From contig MU004237.1 in NCBI GenBank assembly GCA_010405405.1, positions 38,191-102,190 on the forward strand: a DNA stretch of 64,000 nucleotides. The letters are read 5' to 3'. Numbering within the stretch: the stretch's first letter is position 1; each line of letters begins with the position of its first letter. Made by a program: the position numbers and the translations under genes. This document shows, piece after piece, positions 47,563-60,380 of the stretch. Source of the stretch: Microthyrium microscopicum (Eukaryota). The notes beneath the pieces were generated by a model that saw only the letters and a list, made by a program, of their open reading frames with translations, had not been told where the DNA came from and did not search any database.

Positions 47563-48981
47563 AGGAAGGAGGGCAAACGAAAAGTGGTCGAGACAAGGCA
47601 GGAAGCAATCGCTATGCTGACTGGCTTATAAATCGAAGGTCATAGTGAGCGGACAGGTATGAATCGGCATGTCCGATGCGATGCAGCGTAGGAGGAGTGC
47701 CGCGTGGGTTGGTAGGATAGGGAGAGAGGGGTGTGCGCGGCGGCGAGGATTGGACAATGCGATGGCAGGAGAGACTATGGCAAGGACAATAGTATAACAA
47801 GCGATGGATAACGGAAGATGTATCAAGGAAAGTGAGGATATAGTTGATTGTAGTAGTGGTACAAGTTTGCGGAAGGGGAGATGGACTGCAGGTGGGAGAG
47901 AATGAAGATGCACTGTGGATCTGGAAACCATGTCTACCCGCGCACCACCAAAAGAGTTATTATGTATTGTATGCAACACCATACGCCCGTCTCACTAATT
48001 CTATATCATCCCTGTGGGTAATGGGTATTGTTGGCCACTCATGGAACTGCTTTATCTTCATATTCTTACACTTGCATCAGCTCTTGGCCTGCAGCTATCA
48101 AGATACCATTTTGATGTTGACCATGTCCAATCCCCCTCCTGTTGTGCATCAGTTTGCTGTTGACCCGTCTTAATATATTGCGACCCGGCTACTGGGGCGA
48201 TCATCTCCGTCCAAATCCAGAGTAACACCAGGGTTAAATGCTAAAAGAGCATATACCAGGTAGCATCAATTCCAAAGGAGCCAGCAACTTTCCGCACACC
48301 AGCTGCACGTAAGCTTAGAGCGTAAGCATCCCACAACGTCTCTGGCTACGAGACTACCACAGTACCGCTGACAATGACAAATGGAGATTTAGCAATTAGC
48401 AACGTCTCTGGTTGAAAGTTGAGGTGGCCTATATTTCTTTTTTCCTTTTATACACGTCGTGATACACCGAGGCCGCGTTTTGGTGCTACGCCATCCAAAC
48501 TCGCCAACTCCAATCCAACCACTGTTGATCTTTGTGCCACTACTTTCATCCAAGAAAATATGCATACAGTAATACGGCATCAACAAGCCATCACTCTACC
48601 CTTTAACAATCATCTCGGTATGCTCTGTACGGAAAACGTGTTTGGCTATGAGAAGACAGCTGCTCTCGTCGGCTCTGTAGGCTTGTCACAAGAAGCAGCT
48701 CAGCACAACTTTCTCATTGAAAAATGGTAAAATACTTACACGCCTGAAGGTACTGGTATGTAGGCTAAGTATTTCGGCTTCGATATTGTTTACAACAGCA
48801 AAACACGCGTTTCCAACCAAATCAGCTCCTTTATCGCGTCTTGTTTCGCTAAGCCTACTAAAACACCAAACATCCTCCAGCTCGAAACGCCAGGTAGACA
48901 TTCTCACACAGGCCTGTAGGCCCAGATATTCCCGGCGAACTTTATTACACCTACTATCTGGTTTTGCTAACCCAAAAACAA

Positions 48982-51900
48982 TCAATAAGCATTCCTCTCT
49001 GTCCACTCCGGACTCTCCACCGTCTTCACAGGCTCCATACCCGACCAAACCATCCACATATCCCTCACAATCCTCACCGTCGCCGGCCTCACCTCCTCCG
49101 AATCCATATTCCACACCGCCACAACAACTGTATTCTTCCCATGATAATCCCAAATCCCCTCCGGTACAGGGAACGCTGTCTGCGGGCCAATATTGTTCAC
49201 ATAGCGCCCGAATTGCCAGCCATTCACCCATAACGTCATGCGATACCTGCTCCGTCCAGCAGCATTTTCGAGCGGCGCCGATGTTCCGCCGATGACGAGA
49301 GACAGAGGAATGTCGAGCCCGCGCGGGATATCTAGGTCGACGCTCGTGCTGTAGAAGCGGATTGAGCCGGCGGGTATTTCTTCGCTGCCTGGTCCACTGC
49401 TGCTGTTCCACTGCGTGGTGGGTGCGGATGGGAGGTGGTAGCCTTGACGTTCGGCCCAGAGACCACCTTCGTTGATGGGGCCGCGGACAATATCTGGGGC
49501 CGCTTCGCCGAGGTGGTTGCCTTGGATTTTCCAGGTGATGGCTGATGAGTCGCGGCCAAGTAGCGTATAGCTGAGGATGCCGATGGGCGCTTTGCTTTGG
49601 TCAAATCCAATATTCCAGTTCTCGTCGTGGCCCATGCTGTCGATTAGTATGGTGAATACATGATTAGAGCCTGGCTCCAGTTTTGGCAGTGAATGGGAAG
49701 ATGTTGCGTTTTGCTGAGAACCGCGGCCGGGTACGCTGCCTAGGTAGGTTGCGTCGAGGTAGACGCTGGCACCGTATGCTTCCCCGCCGCGAGTCGTGAG
49801 ACTGAAGCTGGATTCGTTGCCAGTCGCGGTAAAGTGGCCGCGGAACAAGATGGTGCCAGAGTGGAAACCATAGTCGCTCGCGAACAGGCTGGTGGGCGTA
49901 CCTTGCTTGTAGGCAGTGTTGTAAGTCTTGTTGAGACCAGCGACGGTCCACTTGGTGTCGTCGTAGGTGCTTTGGATCTCAGGCAAAGAGTCGATAGCAC
50001 GCCAGGTAGTGTTCGTCAAATTGGGGATGTCGATGTTGTGGGTGGGCATACTGAGCTTGACGATCAGCACGTCGCCTTCGTGGTAGTAATCCTCGACTCT
50101 TTCACCGTTGAAGAGCACGTCGTTCACAATATCAGGCGCACCACCTAGGATCTGGAGGTCGTCTTCCTCGTTGTCAAGATCGCCAGTAATTGATACAATG
50201 CCATCCTTGACTGAGAATGTGCGCATCAAATAGCCTCCAAGAATAACGGCAGATTCGACGACTTCTCCCGTATATGGCGTGTCTGTTGACGGTCCCTGAG
50301 AAATAGGCAAAACCCACATCTTGTATGCAGATTCACGACCTGTCTTGTCATTATCTACACGAAGGACGAAAGGACGATTCTACTTACTAACGAGATGGAC
50401 CTTCACTTTGTCTAGGTGCAAAGTCCGATCCCAGAACCCCGAGTCGCTCTGCCAATTGAAGATTGTTTGATTGTCAACGTGTTTGGACGTAAGCCATCGT
50501 CCCCCTCTTGAAGTTGTATTGAAAGTCCCCTGGAAAGCAATCTCATTCGAATCACCCTCGTCGGCGTATATGATTAGAATTGATTTACCATTGGCATAGG
50601 TTTGTCTATTAACTATATCAGTACTGACAGGAAACTATAGTACCGGTACTCACCTCGTGAAGATTTCGGCCGTCGAGTATAGGAGTTTTATATTACCAAC
50701 CATGTAGTTGAAAGCCAGCATCTTCGAGTCTCGCGCCTTGAGGGATAGGTACGATCCGTCTTGTGGTACGGTCAAATTTCCGATTCGGAGCTTATAGTTC
50801 ACTTGGTTGTCGTTGGACCGCATATCTTGATGTCTGTTCGTTCCATCAGTATTTGCCTCACTGGAATCCTGCTTCTAAACTTGCCTGATCACCAAGAACC
50901 TAGTGCCCGTCGAAGAATTCCCCATTGGCGTAACTGCAAGATGTTTCGATGTGGTATAAGCATCTCCATTTACAAACGCCTCGGATGGCTCGACCAGTAG
51001 ATACTCTGGCGAGGCCACGATGAAGTTCGCTTGCAATTTGGCTTCATGGTACTTTTCACGATCGACAGCTCGATTTTCTTTGATTGAAGCCCCATAGTCA
51101 TATGAAGTATATCCGCCAGGATGGCCAAGATTTCCCCTATTGCAGTCAGTTCTGCCACAGCCTCTGAGAGACGCAAGCTAATACTCACCAGTTTGTACCA
51201 CCAAAGACCTACAAATTCAATATCAGCTTCCTGGTTAAAATAGAGGGAAGCCACTTACCATATAGATATTCAATACTGTCGTCTGGAACCCATACAAATT
51301 CTTGTAAAACACCCTCTCAAAGCTAGGCCCAACATACTTCGTACACTTGTCAAAACCAGCACCACCCCATGGATCAAACGCACCACCTTGGAACTATCAA
51401 CTATTAGCCAAACATCGCCCTACACAACGTTCACTAAACACCCAACTCACCTCAACAACAGAATACGGCGTCTTCGGACTCTGCCTCAAATGTACCTTCC
51501 GCCAATCCGTCGGCACCCGATTTTTCCACGTATCCGGATGCGCACAATCAAACCCAAACGGATACCCATCATGTCCATAGATATCCACCGGTGCCGCCGT
51601 CCCTGGCGCGTTTCCACCACTATTACTCGCATCATTGCTAATCAGCGGTACCACGATCCCTGAATCGCGTAGCTGTTTGTATACAGCGTTCATATATGGT
51701 GCATCAGGGAACGTTACGTTGGGCGCCGCGGGGCCGGTGTACTCGTTTTCTGGCTGGACGAGGATGACGGGTCCACCGCGCGTGATCTGGTGTGCTGCGA
51801 TGAGGGCACCGATGCGGGACATGTAGAGATCAGTGGCGGCGAGGAAGTCGGCGGAGGAGGTACGTAGATGGCCGGGGATGCGGTTTGTCCAGCCGGGGAA

Positions 51901-52491
51901 ACCGCCGCCTGATACTTCGGCGTTGATATATGGCCCGGGCCGCTATGATGTTCCATTAGTAGATGAACAGCTTGTGGCACAACAATAGACGAACGGCGAG
52001 GAGATAGATGCCAGCTTTCTTTGCGGCGGCGAAGAAAGGCGTCAGGTCAAAGACGCCGGAGTCATTGTATTTGCCTGGCTGTCCTTCGAGGAGGGCCCAG
52101 TCGACGTAGAAGGACACGCCGGTGTAGCCCATGGAGCGGATCTTTTGGAATACATCGAGCCAGAGACTTGGGACGGGGAGTCTGGTGGTTGTTTAGCATG
52201 GAGTTGTGGAATATAGATCTGATATAACTTGCCTGAAAGGGTGGAATTCTCCAGAGTAGAACATGATGCGTTTGCCATGAACGAATAATGATTTGTGATC
52301 CCATGTGACCTGTTATAGTCTCAGCATTTGATGCTTATCCGATTCTAGTTCCGAGTTCTTACAATATTCTGCATAGGGGTTTCAACATCATTCACGACAT
52401 GAATAAACGGTTTCTGCTCACTGGCCGCTGGCGCACCCGCCAACACCACGACCGAGAGACATACAGAGACCAATACACTGAGCCAATGCAT
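48982..52491 (-). CDS. lacA: Secreted GH35 beta-galactosidase (LacA-like), multi-exon
   Basis: Signal peptide [18 protein letters not shown]. Motifs [31 protein letters not shown] and YTSYDYG. C-terminal jelly-roll domains ([24 protein letters not shown]). About 10 introns, two of them GC-AG. Confidence 0.92.
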
Positions 52492-53070
52492 CTTGAAAGC
52501 TCTCACAAGACGTCTTGAAAACAAAAGTTCAGGTCGACGTGCGGATAAGTCACTTGTCAGATGTTCCACACGACACTCTCCATCACCTTTAAAGGCAGGC
52601 GTGAGTATTTCAGGAGTGCCACCGTCGGGCGTCGGAGCCACGATAGTAAAGCTGCAGCCATTGGAAGCAATATTATTGGTGCAGTGCTCTAAATCATTCG
52701 AGTTTAGTAGCTTGGACATTATTCCACATTGCTACTGTAGGATGCACGGAATTGGTGAGCAAGGGCAGCAGGTGGAGCAGGCTGGTCTGTCTGCAGATTG
52801 GACCGGGGCTTGACATATAGATATATAGATTCTTCTATATGCTATTAGTAGCCAAGCCATTTACGTATGTTTGATCAATTGAGTTAGTATAGGTTTTATC
52901 TAGTAACATCAAAGTAATGGGTGCATTTGCTATCGCATGCAATGGGAATTATACCAACATTTCAGCTCCAATTGCGATAGGAGACACCACTTTCGATGGA
53001 AGCACGCCGTTTATTTTGACTAGCTGGATATCATTAAAATCGACAATTATAGTACAGATTCTCTTTTACA

Positions 53071-54705
53071 CTACTTGACGATGTCTGCAGGTTTCGTCAA
53101 TACCCCTTTGGTATCAAGGGTCTCATCAATGATGCGTTCAATCACCGGCTTCTTTCTCTGTAGTATTGCAACTGATTCCACATGGCGCGTCTGTGGGAAA
53201 AAATCGCAACCTCGCAAACTCTCGAGCTCATAAGCACCTCCTCCTAGTCCAAATCCAGCATCCACATTGGGAATGCCGCCCAGTAAAATTGCGACGTCTC
53301 GTGCCTGAGTGTGAACATTGCAGCTCACGTACACGATACGTTGAGGGCTGAACTTGAGTAACTGCGTTAGGAAAGGGACATCACAGCCTTTTCGTGGAGG
53401 ATCGACTACGACCACAGTCTCCTCCGCTGGAAACTCGATGCTTTTGAAGATCTGAGAAGCCGTTTCCGTCATAAACTTGGTTTGCGCGTCTGGCAAGTTG
53501 TTCAGTTTGGCATTCTTCGCTGCAAACTCGATGGAATGCGGATCAATATCAATTCCTATCGACTGCTTGAACAGTGATGAAAGAGTGATTGTGAACAAGC
53601 CACTGCCACAGTACGCATCGACGAGGTATGATGGTTTTGTTGCGTCTGGGTCCTTGGGCATTATTCGTTCTCGAATGTAATTCATGAAAGGTAGCAGTAT
53701 GGAGTTGTTGTTTTGAAAGAAGGAATTTGCAAGGTTTGTGACCAGGTAATCGCCAATGTACTCTTTAATGGTGGCCTTGTGGTCGGTTTCGTAGTTCTTG
53801 ACTTCCCATACTCCATCTCTTTTCGAAACGACAGGAGCTTTAAAGTCTTCTTCTTTGATCTCAGGTCTGTCCTTGATGCGATCAGTATTTTCTCGTACCA
53901 ACAAGGTAGCGCCCTTGGAGAATGTTTGTATCGTATCAATCACACGTTTACGCTCCTTTTTCATTCCTACACGGACAGCATCAGTAGCAAGTGGGCAGTC
54001 TTCTATGTCCATTGTTATCCTCCGGTCCTTCACCTGAAAGCCGATAGGAGGTGGCTCGGTAAAGAAGATTTTGTTCCCTTTGCGTTGCGCTTGTCTTGCA
54101 CCTGGTGGCGCGTCGAAATGCGGCGTCACTTTGGTTCTGTATCCGTAGTTTTTGGGAGATGCCAAGGTTGGTTCCACCTCTGGCACTAGTTTTCGATCTA
54201 CGCCAACATATTCCAGATATGCTTTTGAGACCACTTCACGCTTATGGTCAAGTTGAAATTGGGGTAACATCATCTGGAACTGGCAGCCTGCGCACTTTGC
54301 AAAATATCCACACTTGACTTCCGAGTCGTGCCTATCTTGCGATGGTTCCACTACGCGAACAAAGTCGGCATGGTAATATGTGCCGTCTTTTGCATAACGA
54401 TATGGCTTGGCCACTACCGTGTCTCCTGGAACAGTAAAAGGTACTACGAACACCAAACGATGCTCAGTGCTGAAAGCAAGGCCATCACCACTTGAAGAAA
54501 GCCGATCAATTTCGAGTGTGATTTCTTCAAAGAGCTCTGGGGGAATTGGCGTCTTCTCACTTGAAGTAGAGTCGTCCATGAATTGCTTGACTTCCTTGAT
54601 CAAGACAGCCTCATTTGAGCCATCCGTCCAAGGAACATTTCCGATTAGGTCAGCGTCCTGACCAGACGCAGAATTCTTCTGTCTTTTCTCGCGCTTCTTG
54701 CCCAT
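53071..54705 (-). CDS. TRM2: tRNA (uracil-54 C5)-methyltransferase Trm2 (TRAM domain + SAM-dependent MTase)
   Basis: Motifs VPFTVPGD, CGYFAKCAGCQFQ, NSFFQNN, DAYCGSGLF, VVDPPRKG, VYVSCN and DFFPQTRHVE. Start chosen at MGKKREK; the frame stays open upstream to 55161. Confidence 0.92.
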   Translation of the reverse strand: MGKKREKRQKNSASGQDADLIGNVPWTDGSNEAVLIKEVKQFMDDSTSSEKTPIPPELFEEITLEIDRLSSSGDGLAFSTEHRLVFVVPFTVPGDTVVAKPYRYAKDGTYYHADFVRVVEPSQDRHDSEVKCGYFAKCAGCQFQMMLPQFQLDHKREVVSKAYLEYVGVDRKLVPEVEPTLASPKNYGYRTKVTPHFDAPPGARQAQRKGNKIFFTEPPPIGFQVKDRRITMDIEDCPLATDAVRVGMKKERKRVIDTIQTFSKGATLLVRENTDRIKDRPEIKEEDFKAPVVSKRDGVWEVKNYETDHKATIKEYIGDYLVTNLANSFFQNNNSILLPFMNYIRERIMPKDPDATKPSYLVDAYCGSGLFTITLSSLFKQSIGIDIDPHSIEFAAKNAKLNNLPDAQTKFMTETASQIFKSIEFPAEETVVVVDPPRKGCDVPFLTQLLKFSPQRIVYVSCNVHTQARDVAILLGGIPNVDAGFGLGGGAYELESLRGCDFFPQTRHVESVAILQRKKPVIERIIDETLDTKGVLTKPADIVK

Positions 54706-55183
54706 CTTGTCTTCGCTATGAGCTACTAAAGCCGCCTGCGAAAATCTGGATATTCTCTTCACCTGTTCTTGAGCCGCGCTTGTGAGTAGTGTCAAATCGT
54801 CGACCGCTTCTTCAATACTCCGAACCGGCAAGCGCGGGAGTGCTACAGGTCGAATAGAAGGCAGAAAAAACTGCGGAGAAGCTTTGACAAGTTTTTGCTT
54901 GATCAAATTTTCTGGTTTCGGGCTTGAAGCTGGCTCAATTTTGCACACTTCGGTGTATACAGGTCGTCTAACTTTGAAAGGCGGTAGTTTCAGCCCAAAA
55001 GTTTCTCTGCGAACTATGCTCTTTCCTGGCCTCCGCTCCCTGAGAGTTGTGCTCCTCGATAATAATCGAGAAATCCGATGAGCGCCAGCGCCAGACACCA
55101 CGCGAGCGGGTAAGCACAAATGTGCAAAGATAGGGGTCATGAAATTTTGTGTGTCATGCAATTAAAAGCTTGATCTATGTTCG

Positions 55184-57082
55184 CTATGTGCCAACCGTAT
55201 GCACTAAACCTGGAGACGCGTTTCTAGTGCGTCTGTTCAACAAGCGCAAGCGTCTATTCAAAATGCCCGAAGGCGCTGGGGTGGAACTTTTCGCGTTGAC
55301 CTGCTCTTTTTTGGACAAGGCTATAAGTTTCTCTAGAGCACTCAGCGGTGATACTGGACGTGGTGATGCTAGACGTTGTTCAGGGGCGAAGTGTCGGATC
55401 GAAATGGGTCGCTGCGTAATCGATGAAGGGTCTGAAGCCGAAAATTCAGTTCGACGAACCAAACCACGGCGAACCAAACCACGACGCCGCTGCTGATTTA
55501 CACGAGCAGACTTCGCGTCGATTGGCTTCTGAACCCGAATCCGTTGGGCCGGAAAGGACCGCTTGCGAGCCGGTTGACGGAATAATTTGCTGACAGACGC
55601 TGAGACCGGGAATTTTCGAAGATACTTCGGCCGCAGAACGTTACTGCGATAATAATGCAGTCTGATAGTTGATTTTTCGGGTTTGACAGTAGATGTTTTA
55701 GATTCCACCTTTTTCTTACTTTGACGCAAGGGATCGTGCCTGATTTTACGAATAAAACGTTTGACGACAGGAAAAAGGCCTAGAGATCTTCTTGAAGAAA
55801 GGGACAGGGGAGTTTTGTCTGGAGGAGTCGCATTGAAATGCAACCTCTCTTTGCAATCCGAACGACACCGTCTGTATTGTAACCTGATGGTTGTTGGTTC
55901 AGAAATTACGTGCTTTCTCAAGAGCTGCACAGTATTAAGACTAGTTCGGCGATATCCTTTGACTCTACCTTGACGCCCAATGCCTGCCGTAGACTTGAGT
56001 TTTCGCTTAAAGTGACGCACGAGCTTAAGCTTGTTTATAGCATTCCCACGCGAGGTTCTGATTCTTTCGACGACAGGAGAGGGGTCTGGAGACCTTTTTA
56101 GAGAAATCGACAGGAGAGGGAGCGACCTGCATGTGCGATCAAAGTGACGCACAGGCTTCAATCTGGATATACGAGATCTTTTAGCTCTGTTCCGCCGTGT
56201 ATCGCCTTGCAATAATCTTGGTGATCGTGCAAGGCTCAAGGAAGCTTCTTTCTCTTTTGGTCGTTGTACACTTTCGAGGTTTAAGTTCACCTGACGCACA
56301 ATTTCAGGACGTTGTGATTGATCGATCACCTTGTGCAGTAGTCCAGACAATTGGTTCGGCGATGTTGATCTACTCTGCAATACCTGCTTCGTGATGGGAG
56401 AATCAGGTGCAGCACTGTCAGGAGCAAAGCTTGGAGAGCGCGACGGCAGATTCTTGTCCGATATCTTACGGATAAAAATTCTTGGGCGGCTCTTCTTGAG
56501 GATCCGCTGCCTTGTGGTGACCTCGAAATTGGGATTTTGGCCTGCGTCTTGTAATGGCAAACTTGGTGGCAACTTTGCTCGATGTATTTCGTTTGGTCTT
56601 GGCAAGGTTCGCCGGTCACTTCGCGGTCTCCGTAGAGCGGTATCTAAAGTTGAGAACGACCTTTCAAGTACCTCGACTAGGGGAGTCCGCTGTATTGGTT
56701 CTGTCTTAACAGCAGGAAGCGCGTGGGGAGATTGACGTTCTGGTAGCAATTCCTTGCCTGGTGGCGCATATGGTGATCTAACAGGGTCGATGTAATGTGA
56801 TGCGATAGATTTTAGACTTGATCTCAATGCTCCCGGTGGTTTAGCCGGGATGAAAACTGCGGGTTCTTTGCGCTGTAACGGTCTTCCGACTTTGACCTTC
56901 TGGCGTAGGGTTATTTTGGCGGAATTGCCGTATTTCATGAGCGCAGCATCGAGGCAGGACTGGCAAGCATGGTCAAAAGCCGCATCGACAGCTGAATTGT
57001 GGCAAGCTGTGGGGGTTCTTCGAAGTGGACAAACAGATTCAAACAGACTTCTTATGTATTTTCTATCCAGAGTATCCCTCAA
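55184..57082 (-). CDS. Long basic (Arg/Lys/Ser-rich) low-complexity ORF, function unknown; possibly an upstream extension of TRM2
   Basis: 632-codon open frame, first ATG at ~56938. No recognisable domain. Confidence 0.5.
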   Translation of the reverse strand: MRDTLDRKYIRSLFESVCPLRRTPTACHNSAVDAAFDHACQSCLDAALMKYGNSAKITLRQKVKVGRPLQRKEPAVFIPAKPPGALRSSLKSIASHYIDPVRSPYAPPGKELLPERQSPHALPAVKTEPIQRTPLVEVLERSFSTLDTALRRPRSDRRTLPRPNEIHRAKLPPSLPLQDAGQNPNFEVTTRQRILKKSRPRIFIRKISDKNLPSRSPSFAPDSAAPDSPITKQVLQSRSTSPNQLSGLLHKVIDQSQRPEIVRQVNLNLESVQRPKEKEASLSLARSPRLLQGDTRRNRAKRSRISRLKPVRHFDRTCRSLPLLSISLKRSPDPSPVVERIRTSRGNAINKLKLVRHFKRKLKSTAGIGRQGRVKGYRRTSLNTVQLLRKHVISEPTTIRLQYRRCRSDCKERLHFNATPPDKTPLSLSSRRSLGLFPVVKRFIRKIRHDPLRQSKKKVESKTSTVKPEKSTIRLHYYRSNVLRPKYLRKFPVSASVSKLFRQPARKRSFPAQRIRVQKPIDAKSARVNQQRRRGLVRRGLVRRTEFSASDPSSITQRPISIRHFAPEQRLASPRPVSPLSALEKLIALSKKEQVNAKSSTPAPSGILNRRLRLLNRRTRNASPGLVHTVGT

Positions 57083-57318
57083 ATCGACTGCAGGACGCTG
57101 ATGTGAATGTCTTGATTGCGCGCATTGGTGATGCAGTTGGAGTTTTTCAGAAATTCTGCAGGGGTACGATACTGACTTTCAGGCACGAATGGATTTATCA
57201 TGTCAGGCCATCAGGCCATCAGGCCACAAGAACGCTTCAATGGCAGTCGGACTTCACATCTCCAAAACTTTAACTGCTAGGCTAAACCACTACAACTATC
57301 GCATCGTCTCCTCAAATC

Positions 57319-59123
57319 ATGAGCGCTTGTCGCTCGTCTCGTCAATTCGTCCGTCGAGCACAGAAAGCCTTCACCTGCTCGACGCCATGCCCACGAAATC
57401 TCCTTTCTCCTAGCTTGCGAACCTTTCATACTTCACTCCCGCGACGCAATGAACAACCAACTAACACAACCGATTCTGATCTCAAAGATCTTGTCCCCGA
57501 ACTTCCTCCAACGACTGAGCTCTCAAAAGCGCCAGCACTGCGGCGACGCGCCGACATTGCAGCTGAACAGAAACTGCTTGAGCGAGCCGATGAAATAAAC
57601 TCAGTCAAGCGACACTTCCGACCTTACACAAAGGATGAGCTCGATGCTATGGCTGATTACTATACCGAAGAGCAGATGGAAGCACTCAAGGCGGCAGAAA
57701 AGGCCGTGGACCTTGATGATCTAGCTGTCCAATGGGGTCCACGTCTAGATCAATGGAAGGTTGACTATCTGGACGACCTTTCGGCAGTAGATCCATTAGT
57801 GGACGGGAAGACACATTTAAACCTTTCAGACGGTCCACAGCTGCGACACCGGAAGTGGGAAGACATTGCGGAACATATCACGTCAAGTGCCTTGTTCAAT
57901 GGTCTCAGCCTTGTGGAGATGCTTTACCTCATTGAGAAGAGACGTTTCGTCCCAGAAAAGGTTCTCGCGGGTCTTCGCACTTTACATGTCTTCAAGGGCA
58001 CCCACAAAGAGTTTGCAGCTAAGCGAATTCTATGGCGCTTCCTGCCTCAATCTGGCAAGCAAAGTAAAGAAGACATGATCAGCCTAGTCTCAGATGAACG
58101 CACTGGAAAAGCTTCTGTTGCTTTCTTGTTCGAGGTGCTAGACGCTTTGCCAATGGACGAGATAAAAAAGCATGAGCTTCTCGCAATGAAGCATTGGACC
58201 GGGACACCAAAGGAGGAGGCTCTTCGACCACAACTAGAACGTGTTATAGCCGAGCATGGTGGCATTACTGACAAGATATTTGAAGAAGCATTGATGGAAC
58301 GCCTGGCCAATTTACGTGTGAAAGAGCTGGGTTATAATCCTGCAAATCTACCTAATACAGTAGATGAAGGAGAACCAGAGGTAGATGACTGGATGATCGA
58401 TTTACCACACCGCGAAATCTACGACCGAGACATTTTTTACAACGCCGTACAAACACCTATACCCAAATTCAAAGATCCTCGAGTTCGATACGATCATGAA
58501 GCCGCCGAGGACGCCAACGGAGCAGCATACAAGAAGCTATCACACAGGTTGAATGTCGACCTTGACTACCTAAAGCGTTTACGGTGCAGGGTGCTCATTA
58601 TGCATCGGGTTGTTAATCAGACGCGTATTGGCAAGATTCAGAGTTTTTACTGCTTGTCTATAGCAGGTAATGACAACGGTTTAGTGGGCATTGGGGAGGG
58701 TAAGAGTGCTGAAACGGTCGATGCTATGCTTCAAAGTCGAATGGCAGCACTACGCAATATGCAGCCCATCAATCGTTACGAGCGACGGACGATTTACGGC
58801 ACACAGGAAGCCAAGGTTGGAGGCACCACTGTCAAACTCTTTGCCAGACCTCCAGGTATGTTCATTCCCCATTTCCACGACTTCACCTGCTAATGCCAAT
58901 AGGATTTGGTCTACGGACTCAATTCTTGATATACGAGATTGCTCGTGCTTGTGGTATTCGCGATTTATCTGCACGAGTTGGCCGATCGAGAAATAAGATG
59001 AATACAGTCAAAGCGACACTGAAATGTCTCCTGGGACAAAAATTACCCGAAGACATTGCCCGAGCACGAGGCCGCAAGATTGTCGATGTAAGAAAGGTGT
59101 ATTACGGACGAACTGTATACTAG
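57319..59123 (+). CDS. MRPS5: Mitochondrial ribosomal protein uS5m
   Basis: Arg/Ser-rich targeting peptide. S5 domains (RVVNQTRIGK, GLVGIGEGKS, INRYERRTIYG, RPPGFGLR, IARARGRK). Intron 58856-58902. Confidence 0.93.
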
Positions 59124-59239
59124 AGCATACAAACCCAACTTCACTTGTACAATAGATACAACGCCGCCGCCATCACATATTCTTGGCGCATTTTGGACAA
59201 ATACCCAAATCTGCTTCAATTCAATGCATAATTCATTAT

Positions 59240-59950
59240 CTAGCTCAGTTTCTGTAAATACCCCTGCGCAATCAACCGCTCCACGTCTGCCTGCCGTACA
59301 TAAAACTGGCTATTCTTCGTTAAATTTATCGCCCCATACTCTGTCTGTATTTCACCCGCATCCCTCAGCACTCTTACATCCACAAACAAATCCCGCGGCG
59401 GCTCCAGCGCTCCTGTCAAATCCACATCCGTCCACCGACCTTTATACGCCGCCACCAACTCCCCATATGCCCTCGCATATTCCTCTTCCTCTGGACTTAA
59501 CGCGCCCTCCACATTCCCATCTCCACTGCTGACACCTTTGCCAGCATTCTCCTCCGCGCCTCCTTCTGCGTTGGCTTCTAGCAGATCGACACCCTTCCAC
59601 ACGCTCTCATCGACCCTTTGCGCTCTTACTCGATGATACGCAAGTAGACAGCGCTTATTCCGCCGCATCACGACATACTCTGTCAGTATTTTTGCGGCGG
59701 GCCCAGGATGCGTGTCAGGGTCGAAGGGCGTGGTGCCGCCGGATGTTAGGGTGGAGATGGTGGATTGGACGCTGGCGTCAAGGGCGCGAACTTCGCGGGT
59801 TATAGAGCGAACGAGATCTGCTTGGTATGGGGGCAGGTGGGGGAGAGTTTGTGTCCGTTTGGCGTGTTGGACCTGCGCGTACGGTTAGGAAGGGTTGAAG
59901 GGGTGGAGATGGGAGAGAAGTACGAGTTTTAGGCTGGCATCGCCGTACAT
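59240..59950 (-). CDS. PSF1: GINS complex subunit Psf1
   Basis: MYGDASLKL|VQHAKRTQTLPHLPPYQ with intron 59873-59923. Motifs RRNKRCLLAY and LEPPRDLFVDVRVLRDAGEIQTEYG. Confidence 0.96.
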
Positions 59951-60380
59951 TATGACGGAAGGGAATTTGGTACGGTGAAGATCAATAAGTGTACTTTGGA
60001 ACGTTGGAATGGTGTATAGCAATGAAGGAGCAGTAGTGTTGTCGCGATCTTTCATACTGTTCGATTGAAGTTGCATGTGGGGAGGATTGTTGTGCTTGTC
60101 CAATCAGAGCGCGAGAAGGCCGAGATCTTTGGATTTTGCAAGGCTGAAGCCTGATCGCATATGACCATCTACAAAGATATCACGATGAGGTGTAAAGATT
60201 CTAAGCTCTTGCTGATCGAGTCTTAGAGACTGCACTTGAAGAAATTGCACAAGGGGAAAATCACATGGTCAATGAAGTTGATTAAGTAACTAAACTTTCG
60301 GTGACAGCATACTACATTTGGTAAAGGTATCATCCCATTGTGACCAGATTATGTTGCTCCACCTTGAATTGGTGACGCGC

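Noticed and set aside
47612..48960. Short ORFs upstream of CCH1
   Set aside because: Probably promoter/UTR sequence; no coding signatures.
48686..50148. Overlapping alternative-frame and antisense ORFs within the GH35 gene
   Set aside because: Shadow ORFs caused by GC-rich codon usage of the real gene.
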